Shown piece by piece: positions 28,336 to 37,779 of a stretch of DNA of 64,000 bases (its first letter is position 1; the number at the start of each line of letters is the position of its first letter). Where the stretch lies: contig CAZIRU010000001.1 of NCBI GenBank assembly GCA_964541905.1, positions 141,490 to 205,489 of the forward strand. Direction: 5' to 3'. The translations under genes and the position numbers were made by a program. The notes beneath the pieces were generated by a model, which saw only the letters and a list, made by a program, of their open reading frames with translations, did no database searches and had not been told where the DNA came from. The stretch comes from an uncultured Verrucomicrobiota bacterium (GTDB taxonomy: Bacteria; Verrucomicrobiota; Verrucomicrobiia; CAZIPW01).

Positions 28336-29300
28336 GAGGAGGGGAGAGGGGTTTTCTTGCGGCCAAGAAGCGCACCGAGGAGGTCGTCCATCGTGATAAG
28401 ACCCAGCGTCTGTCCGGAGGGGCCCTCAAGCAGACAGAGCTCTTGGCGATTTTTGACTAGCTGCTGGAGAACGTCTATCGCGGAGAGCTCGCTTTTGACG
28501 ATAAGAAGGGGCTTCATAAGTGAGCGGACGGTTTGATCGTGGCGATCGAGGGCGCTCGCGTGCAGGAGATCGTCGCGCAGCGCCACGCCGATAAATTTGG
28601 CTCCATCATAGACGGGCAGGCGGCTGAAGTTGCCAATGTGACGCAGGACGCTCGAGACACTTTCGTTGGCAGGAAGTGCAAGGATGTTGCCCAAAGGGGT
28701 CATTAGCCTCGAAAGAGGAATGTCGTCCAGCGCAAGCGTGTTTGAGACGATTTCGTGCTCGGTCACCGAAAAAATGCCATCCCGATGCGCCTTGTTCATC
28801 AAAAGCAAGACCTCCTCGGCGCGTTCTTCATCGGAGATGCGCGTGCGCGGCGGGAGTACGGCTGTCACGAAACGTTTGCAGAGATTTGCCAGAGGGCGCA
28901 TGAAGAAAACAACCATATCCAGAATCCGCGTAAGAAAAACCGCCAGATTGCGGCGAAAAAGTACCCCCATGTTCTTAGGCAGAATTTCGCAGAAAAGAAG
29001 CAAAATGAGAGTAAGAATAACGGTCAGTATGGCTACGCCTTGAGCGCCAAAAAGCCTGCCCGCCAGATAGCCTGCGAAGGCCGAGCCTGCCGCATTGGCT
29101 ATCGTATTGAGCGTGAGGATGGCGGCCGTGGTGTGTTCGATTTGGGTTTTGAGAAGCTCAAGGCGCTGGCCAATGGAGGGGTGGCGCTGCTTGAGGGCTT
29201 CAATTTCGGCCGTGGAGATGCTGAGGATGAAACCTTCCAAGAGAGAGCAAAAGAAGGAGATGCCTAGTGTTAGCGCGAGAATGGCCAAAAGGAGTGTCAT
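28332..29300 (-). CDS. DUF21 (CNNM) plus tandem CBS domain protein, hemolysin C / CorC-like
   Basis: Four N-terminal TM helices followed by CBS-pair-like sequence. Start set at the ATG at 29300 (MTLLLAIL), abutting the PAP2 gene. Confidence 0.6.
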   Translation of the reverse strand: MTLLLAILALTLGISFFCSLLEGFILSISTAEIEALKQRHPSIGQRLELLKTQIEHTTAAILTLNTIANAAGSAFAGYLAGRLFGAQGVAILTVILTLILLLFCEILPKNMGVLFRRNLAVFLTRILDMVVFFMRPLANLCKRFVTAVLPPRTRISDEERAEEVLLLMNKAHRDGIFSVTEHEIVSNTLALDDIPLSRLMTPLGNILALPANESVSSVLRHIGNFSRLPVYDGAKFIGVALRDDLLHASALDRHDQTVRSLMKPLLIVKSELSAIDVLQQLVKNRQELCLLEGPSGQTLGLITMDDLLGALLGRKKTPLPSS

Positions 29301-29301
29301 A

Positions 29302-30042
29302 TCAGGAGCGCGGCGGCGGAAGGGTTTTTTTGACGGCCAGGCCAAATGCCGCGCCAAAAAGAGTGCCGAAAAGCATGCCCGCATAAAGGTCGCTCAAACG
29401 ATGGCGGTTAAGCTGAAAGCGCGCCCACGAGACGGCCACAGCCGCTCCCAACACGGGTATGCCTACCGGAGGGGCCACAATCAGAATGGGCAGCGCGGTT
29501 GCGAAAGCAGTTGTGGCGTGGCCCGAAGGAAAGGATTGGTAGCCGTAGTCGAAAAAGACAAAACTGTTTTTACCCGTCTTGAAGCGCGGGCCGTAGAGAC
29601 CATCGGGAGCTTTTTCAGCAGGACGCGGACGGCCGCTTAAAACACGGATGCCTAGCGAGAGAACTCCCGCACACAGGGTGGCGTAAAGCATGGCGAACGC
29701 CAGAAGCTGCAAGCGGGGCTTTTTTAGAAAAAAACCAACGGCAAAAAAAACGACCATTAAGGCGGCGCAACCATTGTAAAAATCGCCGCGCAGGCTGATG
29801 AGCTTGGCGAGGTGATGCGCGGAGGTATCGTTGGGGAAGCGCCACAGTTGCAGCGTCAGATCGTCAAAGGGGATCATCAGAAAGAACGGGACGAGGACGA
29901 GAAAATACCAAGGACTTGCGCGACGGCAAAGGATTTTCCAAGCGTTTTGCCAAAGGGCTTGCGCGCGGGAAAATTGCGTTTGCAGAAAAGAGCGAAAGGC
30001 GCAAGAGGCCTTTGCTTGGCAGGCGGAAGGAATTTTAGTCAT
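29302..30042 (-). CDS. PAP2 superfamily phosphatase (undecaprenyl-diphosphatase / lipid phosphatase-like)
   Basis: PAP2 motifs KxxxxxxRP-like, SFPSGHA and SWARFQLNRHRLSD; multi-TM. Confidence 0.75.
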   Translation of the reverse strand: MTKIPSACQAKASCAFRSFLQTQFSRAQALWQNAWKILCRRASPWYFLVLVPFFLMIPFDDLTLQLWRFPNDTSAHHLAKLISLRGDFYNGCAALMVVFFAVGFFLKKPRLQLLAFAMLYATLCAGVLSLGIRVLSGRPRPAEKAPDGLYGPRFKTGKNSFVFFDYGYQSFPSGHATTAFATALPILIVAPPVGIPVLGAAVAVSWARFQLNRHRLSDLYAGMLFGTLFGAAFGLAVKKTLPPPRS

Positions 30043-30959
30043 GGGAGCAGGCCCTTTTCTATCATAAACTCGCGCAAGACCTCAACTCTCTTGCGTTCTT
30101 TGGTCTGGGCCGAGACTTCTTTACGGCTAAGTGTCTCGTCGTCGGAGGTTAAAAGCCGACGCAGCTGCACTTGCGCTTCGGTCTCGATTTGGCGGACGCG
30201 TTCGCGGGTAAGCCCCAACACTTCACCGATCTTATCGAGCGTCAGCGGCGGGATACCCCCCAACCCGTGGCGATAGCGCAGTACGGCCGCGGAGCGCTCC
30301 TCAAGGCGCGAAAGCGCGGCATTGATACGCTCGGAGGCCGTTTTTTGCAGAAGCTGGCGGAGGGGGTCTATTGTTTTTTCGTCACTTAGGGTCTCTTCAA
30401 GCGGGATGCTGCCAGCGGCAGTAACAGGCGCATCAAGGGAGATGGTGGAAGCGAGAATTTCACGCAGCGAGATGATGCGTTTTTGGCTAAGATGAGAGGC
30501 CTTGGCGAGTTCGGCGAGGGTAGGTTCTCGCTTAAGCGACGCTGTCAACTCGGAGGTCGCACGACGCAGGCGGGCGATTTTTTCCACGACATGGAGCGGC
30601 AGGCGGATGAGTTTACCTTGATCGGCCAGGGCTTTTTTTACATTTTGGCGAATCCACCACGCCGCATAAGTGGCCAGGCGTCCTCCCCGATTGGAACGAA
30701 AACGATCTATGGCCTTGATGAGGCCCAGGGTGCCCTCGCTAATGAGGTCAAGCAAGGGGACTCCCATGTGGGAATAGTCGTAGGCGATTTTTACAACCAG
30801 CCGCAAATTGGCCAAAATCATTTTGTCTCGGGCGGCCTTGTCTCCACGCCGTGCCTTTTCGGCCAGAGCGAACTCCTCTTTTTCGGACAAAAGTGCGGCG
30901 CGGCCGACCGCCTGCATATAGCGATCCAAAAGCGCCATTTCGGAGAGGTTTTCGCTCAT
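30039..30959 (-). CDS. RNA polymerase sigma factor, sigma-70 family (regions 2-4; group 2/3-like)
   Basis: Region 2 motifs LISEGTLGLIKAIDRFRSNRGGRLATYAAWWIRQNV, and a region-4 HTH LTLDKIGEVLGLTRERVRQIETEA. Confidence 0.8.
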   Translation of the reverse strand: MSENLSEMALLDRYMQAVGRAALLSEKEEFALAEKARRGDKAARDKMILANLRLVVKIAYDYSHMGVPLLDLISEGTLGLIKAIDRFRSNRGGRLATYAAWWIRQNVKKALADQGKLIRLPLHVVEKIARLRRATSELTASLKREPTLAELAKASHLSQKRIISLREILASTISLDAPVTAAGSIPLEETLSDEKTIDPLRQLLQKTASERINAALSRLEERSAAVLRYRHGLGGIPPLTLDKIGEVLGLTRERVRQIETEAQVQLRRLLTSDDETLSRKEVSAQTKERKRVEVLREFMIEKGLLP

Positions 30960-31071
30960 ACTTCAAATCTAACGCGCGGGGGGTATAAGTCGAGCCGTCG
31001 ATGGTCCCTTTTGCTACTTTGGCAAAAGAAAGTTGCCCGAAGCGTGCAGGTGTGCTAGGATAATGCTTCTG

Positions 31072-31153
31072 GCCCAGGTGGCGGAATTGGCAGACGCGTC
31101 GGACTCAAAATCCGATTCCGTGAGGAGTGTGGGTTCGACCCCCACCCTGGGTA
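31072..31153 (+). tRNA. tRNA-Leu (anticodon CAA)
   Basis: Fold: GCCCAGG-TG-GCGG AATTGGCAGA CGC..-GTCGGACTCAAAATCCGAT-long variable arm (TCCGTGAGGAGTGT)-GGGTT CGACCCC CAC-CCTGGGT-A. The long variable arm and CAA anticodon indicate Leu. Confidence 0.8.
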
Positions 31154-31189
31154 GCTTGATTTTTGTCAAAAATAGGTTAAAATTAAGCT

Positions 31190-32086
31190 GTGGCGATAAC
31201 AATAATACAGCCGGAAGAAGTTAGGACTTATTTGGACTCCGAAGGAGCGGCGTTCAAAGAAAAGCCGAAGCTGCATACGCTTTTGGGTAAGTTGACTCAG
31301 GCAATGGAAGTCTGTGCCAGATATGCCGGGTCTCCCCTCAAGGACGCGAAGACGCTCCACTTGCCTGCCTATCATCATGATACCGAGGAGGAGCGCTGGG
31401 ATTGTCATCAGTTGATGGCGGACAACGGACATTATCATCCGCTTATGATGGGCGTGAGCCCTTATTTGCCGATGGCAAGCAAGGAAGAGATAAACAAGGT
31501 TGTTCAGCGTGCGCGACGCGATGGGACGGAAAAGAATTTTTTAATTTTTTATTATTTCACCACTTATGGAATGATTTACCTCCGAGAAGAGGTCGCGTTA
31601 TTCAATGAGATGGGGGACTGGTACAATGACATCAAGAGATCGGGCCAGATTAAGGAGCTTGATCGAACTGAGGGTATTATTAAGCTGCATGTGGACACTC
31701 TTTACATCAACAGGCAGCCTTTTATTGCGGGAGGGGAACCTAGCGAAGCCGATTTCCACTTTTTTGACAACGGAGCTTCGCGGAATACCAAAGATTTGGA
31801 TAGCTTGGCGCAATGGCTGACTACGTTTCCGGAAAAAGTAACAATGGATCTTGTAATTGAAGAAATTCCGTCTCTTCTTTGGGGTTTCCTTAACAGGCCC
31901 AAGGAACGCACTTCGGCCTGTTTGCGGGTCATCAAAGGATATGAAGCCACTGGGCTTCTTAAGCATGTGCCGTCGGAAATTATGAAGCAAATAGCCGAGC
32001 AGGAAATCGCTATGATGCGGGAGGGTAAACTACCCCTGCGGATGTGGCCCGATCGCGACAAATGCGGAGGGTTAGATATTGAATAA
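31190..32086 (+). CDS. hypothetical protein (ORFan; no recognised domain)
   Basis: 298-aa ORF starting 37 nt after tRNA-Leu. It contains a His-rich patch (YHHDTEEERWDCHQLMADNGHYHP) and appears lower in GC than its neighbours. Confidence 0.5.
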   Translation: MAITIIQPEEVRTYLDSEGAAFKEKPKLHTLLGKLTQAMEVCARYAGSPLKDAKTLHLPAYHHDTEEERWDCHQLMADNGHYHPLMMGVSPYLPMASKEEINKVVQRARRDGTEKNFLIFYYFTTYGMIYLREEVALFNEMGDWYNDIKRSGQIKELDRTEGIIKLHVDTLYINRQPFIAGGEPSEADFHFFDNGASRNTKDLDSLAQWLTTFPEKVTMDLVIEEIPSLLWGFLNRPKERTSACLRVIKGYEATGLLKHVPSEIMKQIAEQEIAMMREGKLPLRMWPDRDKCGGLDIE

Positions 32087-32107
32087 CTTGTGCTATAATA
32101 GGAGAAT

Positions 32108-33073
32108 ATGGAAGAAGAATTTAAGAGCTACCCCGATTACATAAAAGAATGGCCCGATAAGTTTATTGATGCACAAGCTATAGAAAACGATGCGGCCGAG
32201 TTGAAATATATAACTAAATCTCAAGATAAGATAACTCTTGAAAACTCTCGTTTAGTTTTTGAGGCCATTCATAAAAACGGCTTAGAGCCTCTTGGAGAAT
32301 TATGCGGAGGCCTTAATCCAGAGGCGTTCCGACGGATTTATCTTGGAAGTGATTGTCGAGATTATGTAAAACCGCATATTGATGGGCAGAATATCCGGAG
32401 CAAGGATTTGGACTTTCGTTCCGGTGCAAGATTCTTGAGGGCGCTGGCGTTGTTTTTGCCACAGTTCGAGATCAAGAAGGGAGAGGAAGACGAGGAAAAG
32501 CGCGTGAGATTCATTATGAGAGAACCTCGGGTTTGGGGAGATGAACCTGTGAAGATTGTGCTTCCCGAAATAGACAAATTGATGGTGCAGACGGATGTTT
32601 CAATACCCGTGGAATCTTTCCCGACCATTCCTTATGTGGATGAGCAAGGCGGTGTCCCCTACGAAGTCCTGCAAGGGGTGTGCACAACGGAACAACCCTA
32701 CGGGAAAGAGGGGCCGCAGGTTCGCTTGATAGATCCGATGTCCATAATACTTGCGAAAATGGGTGCCATTCAGGGAGGTGTTCCCTATCAGAAGAAGCAC
32801 AAGTATCGCTGGCACATGAGAATTTGCGCGCTTTGCGTCCCGTATTACCTAGAGGAGAAAACCGCGCAATTTAAAGAAGGTAAGATTGATCGAGACCCTG
32901 CAGTAACAGCGCGGCGACTTTTGGTGGATTTGGACAGGTCAGATTATGAGTATTACTTGATTTTCGACAACAATCGCAAAGCGCTCGATGCCCTCAAGAA
33001 AGCACTCGCGCCGTATGCGCGGGGTGTGCAAAAGGAAATTTATGGGGCCGACGATATAAGGCCAATTCGCTAA
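32108..33073 (+). CDS. hypothetical protein (ORFan; no recognised domain)
   Basis: 321-aa ORF 21 nt downstream of the previous one, with a possible SD-like GGAGAA upstream. A Cys/His cluster (HKYRWHMRICALCVPYY) is present. It ends 2 nt before the convergent GH57 gene. Confidence 0.5.
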   Translation: MEEEFKSYPDYIKEWPDKFIDAQAIENDAAELKYITKSQDKITLENSRLVFEAIHKNGLEPLGELCGGLNPEAFRRIYLGSDCRDYVKPHIDGQNIRSKDLDFRSGARFLRALALFLPQFEIKKGEEDEEKRVRFIMREPRVWGDEPVKIVLPEIDKLMVQTDVSIPVESFPTIPYVDEQGGVPYEVLQGVCTTEQPYGKEGPQVRLIDPMSIILAKMGAIQGGVPYQKKHKYRWHMRICALCVPYYLEEKTAQFKEGKIDRDPAVTARRLLVDLDRSDYEYYLIFDNNRKALDALKKALAPYARGVQKEIYGADDIRPIR

Positions 33074-33075
33074 GC

Positions 33076-34353
33076 CTATTTTGCAACGCGGCGGCAAAAT
33101 TCCTTGCCCCATTCGGGCCAGATGCCCTCCCCCCAGTAGCGGAAGCAGGAGGTCTGGGCGCACAGCAGATTGAAAAGATCGGCGTTCTCGAGCGGGTTGG
33201 AAGGCAGCGCTTCGCCATATTTCTTGTGGAAGGCCACCGAGGCGTTCTCCATGTCGCCCAGCAAACCTTCGTAGCCCTTGACCCAGCTAATATTATTGGT
33301 CCAAGTTCCGCCGTCCATGTGGAAACGATAGTCTGCACGTTTGCACGCCTCGATAGCGGCGGATGCATCGCCCTTGTATTCGCGGAAGAAGGCGGCTTGA
33401 TGGATCGGCTGGCAGGCGGGCAGCATTTCAGCCTGCACACCCATCTCGCGAAGTGTGCCCAGATACTCCGTGCCGTTCATGAAGCGCGTGGGGCCGTCAT
33501 TGTGGCCGAGGGTACGCACAACCTCCATGTATTTGGAGGGGAACTCATTCATCATGACGCCGCCGTTTTCGCCGTCGGCGATTTGCGCTGAAATGGGAGG
33601 GACCCGCAGCGTGCCGAGTTTGGCTGGCGAGAGCGACAGCGCCTCGAAATAGGGCTGCATCTGCGCCACAAGCTTGGTATCGGAGCCCTGCGTTTTGATG
33701 ATCGCCATGATGGCGGCCGTCTCGCCCTTGGTATTGCGGCAAACAAGCCGATGTGGAAGATAGCGCTCGCGCAAAGAGCTGCCGTCCTCAAGTTCGACGG
33801 TGTGCTCTTGAACAATAACCCATACAAAGCCTTCTTCGCGGAGGGTTTTGACAAATTCATAGGCGATATCGGGATGGTTGGGCAGCGCCATTTCGGAAGG
33901 CGAAAAACCTTTGACGCGGGAGAGCGCCTCATCACCGAAGAGATGGCGAAAGTTTTCTTTCCACGCGCGCACGTGTAAGCGATAGTCTGCCGGAGGAGTA
34001 GAAGGGGCGACGGCATGGCCCCAGGCGGTGCCAAGCCACTCGACTTCGAGGGGGTAGTGATGGGCGAGCGTGCGGAGCTTTTCGAGAGATTCGGCGCACT
34101 TCATTTGCTCGAGCCCCCAAAAGAGATTGCCGGAAAAATCGAGCATTACGCGCGGGGAAGCGCCCTGGCCGACAAGTTGGGGAACAAAATCGCCCATACG
34201 CTCGTAACAACGCAAAAAAACGGGCGCATTGTGATTGTCGCCGATCGAGAAATTGTTCCACATGTGCTGGAGGTTGGAGATCGGTGCGCCATCGGGGCCA
34301 GCCGGAATGATCGGCTGGTGCATGTGTAGAGAAATGGCGAAAGCGGAGTTCAT
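33076..34353 (-). CDS. glycoside hydrolase family 57-like protein (alpha-glucan-active)
   Basis: The N-terminal LHMHQP motif is typical of GH57 enzymes. 425 aa. Confidence 0.5.
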   Translation of the reverse strand: MNSAFAISLHMHQPIIPAGPDGAPISNLQHMWNNFSIGDNHNAPVFLRCYERMGDFVPQLVGQGASPRVMLDFSGNLFWGLEQMKCAESLEKLRTLAHHYPLEVEWLGTAWGHAVAPSTPPADYRLHVRAWKENFRHLFGDEALSRVKGFSPSEMALPNHPDIAYEFVKTLREEGFVWVIVQEHTVELEDGSSLRERYLPHRLVCRNTKGETAAIMAIIKTQGSDTKLVAQMQPYFEALSLSPAKLGTLRVPPISAQIADGENGGVMMNEFPSKYMEVVRTLGHNDGPTRFMNGTEYLGTLREMGVQAEMLPACQPIHQAAFFREYKGDASAAIEACKRADYRFHMDGGTWTNNISWVKGYEGLLGDMENASVAFHKKYGEALPSNPLENADLFNLLCAQTSCFRYWGEGIWPEWGKEFCRRVAK

Positions 34354-34373
34354 AGCGTGTTATTCGGACTTTT

Positions 34374-35033
34374 TCAGGTTAAGCTGAAGGAAAATGCAGA
34401 GGCCAAGAGCTTTTTTACGGGCCAGCGCAGCTCAAAAATGGCCCGAAGCGGCTCAACGGAAGGGCCGGCCAGAAGCAGATGCAGGCGATAGATGCCAGAG
34501 GCGGAGAGCTCTTTTTTAAAAAGAGAAGGGAAGGTGAGCGTCATAGGAGCCCATGTTTTGGCGCCGAGAGTAAAACGAAGAAGGTCGGCGTAGTGCTCCA
34601 TCCCTCCAAAAAACTCAATCGTGGCTCCATGAGAGAAAGCCCAGTTAAGAGGAAGCGAGTCGTCGCAAAGAAGCGTGCGAGTGCCTTTGACGTCTTGGCG
34701 CTCAAGACGCGTCAGGAAGAGCCGCGCGGGGCCCGCGTTGGCGTTGGTCGGATTACTGACATGCGCACGGAGATAGACTTCTCTGGATTTCCCGGAGGTG
34801 AAGATGCAGCCGCACGTGGTTGTGTCGGTGGGAACAAACGCAAATTTGAGTTGGGCGCCCATGCGAGCGTTATAACAGACGCCTTGCGGCAATGACAAGG
34901 GATAAAAAAGCTCCGCCAAAAGACGGAGCTTTTTAAAAGATAGATGGGAGTTATTTTTCGCCCTCGACTTCGATTCCCATGTTTTTTGCCGTTCCGACGA
35001 TGATGCGATAGGCTGCTTCATCGTTTTTGGCAT
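34374..35033 (-). CDS. hypothetical protein
   Basis: 219-aa ORF whose 5' end overlaps rplK. The true start is probably an internal ATG (MGAQLKF, near 34865). No known domain. Confidence 0.3.
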   Translation of the reverse strand: MPKTMKQPIASSSERQKTWESKSRAKNNSHLSFKKLRLLAELFYPLSLPQGVCYNARMGAQLKFAFVPTDTTTCGCIFTSGKSREVYLRAHVSNPTNANAGPARLFLTRLERQDVKGTRTLLCDDSLPLNWAFSHGATIEFFGGMEHYADLLRFTLGAKTWAPMTLTFPSLFKKELSASGIYRLHLLLAGPSVEPLRAIFELRWPVKKLLASAFSFSLT

Positions 35034-35382
35034 TGAGGTCGGCTTTCTTAATTTTGACGATCTCTTGAATTTGCTTTTTGGTGACCTTGCCCACTTTTTC
35101 CTTGTTGGGTATTTTGCTGCCCTTCTCGACTCCGGCTGCTTTTTTGAGCAGAACGGAAGCCGGAGGGCTCTTGAGGATAAAGGTAAAGGATTTGTCGGCG
35201 TAGACGGAAATTACAACCGGCAAAATCATGCCATTTTGATCTTTGGTCTTCGCATTGAATTCTTTGCAGAAGGCCATAATATTGACGCCTTTGGCACCCA
35301 AAGCGGGGCCGACGGGAGGCGCGGGATTGGCAGCGCCTGCGGGCAGCTGCAAACGAATTTCTCCAACAACTTTTTTAGCCAT
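34951..35382 (-). CDS. rplK: 50S ribosomal protein L11
   Basis: Clear L11 sequence ([35 protein letters not shown]). Start moved to the ATG at 35382 (MAKKVVGEI). It is not flanked by nusG or rplA. Confidence 0.85.
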   Translation of the reverse strand: MAKKVVGEIRLQLPAGAANPAPPVGPALGAKGVNIMAFCKEFNAKTKDQNGMILPVVISVYADKSFTFILKSPPASVLLKKAAGVEKGSKIPNKEKVGKVTKKQIQEIVKIKKADLNAKNDEAAYRIIVGTAKNMGIEVEGEK

Positions 35383-35624
35383 AGTATTTATGTGTTTCTC
35401 GCCCGCCAAAGTTGAGGCAATCCAATGCGGACAAGGGCTCTAGACTAGCACAGCCGGGCTCGCAGAGGCAAGCAAATAAGTTAGAGCGTGTTTAGAATCT
35501 ATTTGGCAGTATTGTTGGGATGATTTTGGCGTTTTGGCAAGGCAAGCCCCGATGAAATCGGGGTTCTTCGAGCGAGCAACACGGGCTAGAAGCCCGAAAT
35601 GCGAACGAGAAACGCCGCCAAAAC

Positions 35625-35660
35625 ACAAAAGCGCCCAACCCGAAGGGCGCCGCTCATTAT
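35625..35660 (-). terminator. intrinsic terminator
   Basis: On the minus strand: GCGCCC-TTCGGGTT-GGGCGC followed by TTTTGTGTTTTG, downstream of the 35776-36078 gene. Confidence 0.45.
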
Positions 35661-35775
35661 TGTTTATCAGCAAATTATGCGGCGCAATATGGCGAAGAGA
35701 TTCTGAACACGCTCTTAGATGGGCAGCAGAACCTCACCGGCAATTTGCCGTTCGGGTTGAATGAGGGTTGCGGGC

Positions 35776-36078
35776 TTAGATCAATTTGACGGCGGCGCGT
35801 TTGACCCACTTGAACATCATAAGACCCACGGCCTCCAAAACAAGAATTGCCGCAAGTCCCATAAAGGCCCAAGTTTCGTTAATCATGTCACGAGGATTGG
35901 CCACCAGTGGCGAGAGATTGAAGCTCATGCGGATGTAAGAAGTGTAGGCGTCGAATGCGTTCATCAAGCAGGCAAAGGCGAAAATAAAGAATGCCAAACG
36001 ATAGAGGGTTGCTCCATTGAGGTTTATGGAAGTCTCAGACATGAACGTTAAATACAAAACAAAAGGGACAAAGTCCAC
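35776..36078 (-). CDS. small membrane protein, hypothetical
   Basis: 100 aa with three predicted TM helices. Its start is 15 nt below the end of the hybrid kinase gene. Confidence 0.4.
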   Translation of the reverse strand: MDFVPFVLYLTFMSETSINLNGATLYRLAFFIFAFACLMNAFDAYTSYIRMSFNLSPLVANPRDMINETWAFMGLAAILVLEAVGLMMFKWVKRAAVKLI

Positions 36079-36092
36079 TTCTTTTTTGGTGA

Positions 36093-37673
36093 CTATTTTA
36101 CGCCGCCTTGAGCTTCGGAGATAGCTTTGCGAACAGCGTCAATGAGGGTTTGTGCGGGGCAAGGCTTGCTGAGAATATCGCCGATGCCACACGCTTTGGC
36201 CTCTTCGGCCTTAATGCGCTCGTTATAACCAGAGATGAGAATCGCAGGGGTAGAGATGTGCTTTTCGCGGATTTTTTTAACCATCTCAATGCCATTGAAC
36301 TCGGGCATGGTAAGGTCAGTGATGATCAGGTCGAAAGCGTTCGGGTCTTTTTCGAGTAGGGAAAGAGCCTGGCGAGGATGGTTGACGGCCTGCACCTGAT
36401 AACCCATTTCGCCGAGCAGCTCGCTACCCACCGACGTGATTAGGGGCTCGTCATCGACGAGCAGGATACGTTCACCGCCAGACCGTGCTGGGGAAACGGA
36501 AGACAATTCGTCTTTTGTAAGTTGTTTTTCCACGATAGGAAGAAAAATTTCGAAAGTTGAGCCAACGTTCTCTTTGCTATCAAAACGGACATACCCCTCA
36601 TGACGCAAGACGATACCATGAACAATCGCCAGTCCCATCCCAGAGGTCTGAATACCTTCGGCCGTAGAAGCGAAGGGTTCAAAAATGCGCGGTTTAAGGG
36701 CCTCTTGAATGCCGCGACCGTTATCCCGGATGGAGATTTTGATGCAGTGCACGGCGCGCCCGTGGCCCTGGGCGACTGCCGAAGGAAACTCTTGCCAGGT
36801 TTCTTCGACAAAAACCCCCATCTTCGGATTTTCCCGACCGTCAAGCGATTGAAGAGCATTTGTAAAAAGATTCAACAGCATCTGATTGATTTCGTCGCTA
36901 ACAATCATCACGACAGGAAGCTGCTCGGGGATATGGGTGTCAATCTGAACGGCGCGCGGCGTGGCAGACCGGATGAACTCAACCGCGTGGCGGACAATGG
37001 GGCAAATATCGATGTGCTTTTTCTGGCCTTCTCCGCGTTTGCTGAAAGTGGACATTTGCGAGACGAATTCTTTGGCCTGAGTCGTGGCTTTAAGAATTTT
37101 TTGAACGCGATCCGCGACCTTGGGATTGTCAGAGCCAATCATGCCTAAAATTTCGGCATGTCCCATAATGGCCGCCAGCATGTTATTGAAGCGATGCGCG
37201 ATGCCGCCAATCAGCGTGCCAATAGACTCCAGCCGATGCATGGCTTGCAGGTGGCGCGCGATGGTTTGCTCCCGGGTGCGGTCAATGCCCACGCCGACGT
37301 AGGCGACTAATTTTCTTTTGGCGTCAAAAACCGCGCTTACGGAAGTCTGAAGGTCTAGAATAGCTCCCGTTTTTGTCTTAACTTGCAAAACTCCGTGCCA
37401 GCGTTCCCCAGCCTTTACGAGGTTAAGGCTATGCTCCACCCACTCGGAGCCATCCATGAGCTGAATGAAGTCCAGGGTTTTTCCAAAGACTTCCGTTTCG
37501 GAAAAACTGGTTTTTTCGCAAAAAGCGGCGTTGACACTTTGGACGTGCCCAGAGGGGTCCACAACAACGACAAGCTCGTGGGTCAAATTGACAACCTTCT
37601 CGAGAGTAACAGCCCGCAAGTCTTCATTGCGCTGCGCGCCGAAGAGGTTGGGAAACGGAGGGTGGGTGTTCAT
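36093..37673 (-). CDS. hybrid sensor histidine kinase / response regulator (PAS-HisKA-HATPase-REC)
   Basis: N-terminal PAS-like region, H-box HRFNNMLAAIMGHAEIL, ATPase G-box region (IRDNGRGI, TSGMGLAIV), and a C-terminal receiver (ILLVDDEP...DLIITDLTMPEFNG...K). Confidence 0.85.
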   Translation of the reverse strand: MNTHPPFPNLFGAQRNEDLRAVTLEKVVNLTHELVVVVDPSGHVQSVNAAFCEKTSFSETEVFGKTLDFIQLMDGSEWVEHSLNLVKAGERWHGVLQVKTKTGAILDLQTSVSAVFDAKRKLVAYVGVGIDRTREQTIARHLQAMHRLESIGTLIGGIAHRFNNMLAAIMGHAEILGMIGSDNPKVADRVQKILKATTQAKEFVSQMSTFSKRGEGQKKHIDICPIVRHAVEFIRSATPRAVQIDTHIPEQLPVVMIVSDEINQMLLNLFTNALQSLDGRENPKMGVFVEETWQEFPSAVAQGHGRAVHCIKISIRDNGRGIQEALKPRIFEPFASTAEGIQTSGMGLAIVHGIVLRHEGYVRFDSKENVGSTFEIFLPIVEKQLTKDELSSVSPARSGGERILLVDDEPLITSVGSELLGEMGYQVQAVNHPRQALSLLEKDPNAFDLIITDLTMPEFNGIEMVKKIREKHISTPAILISGYNERIKAEEAKACGIGDILSKPCPAQTLIDAVRKAISEAQGGVK

Positions 37674-37779
37674 GAGCGGCTTACTTCAGATTGACAGGGC
37701 TGGGCATACTTTTCAAGCATGAAAGACCTGCGATATCCCCACGGCGCCTGCGTTCAGCTTTAATTAGACACAACCAGTG

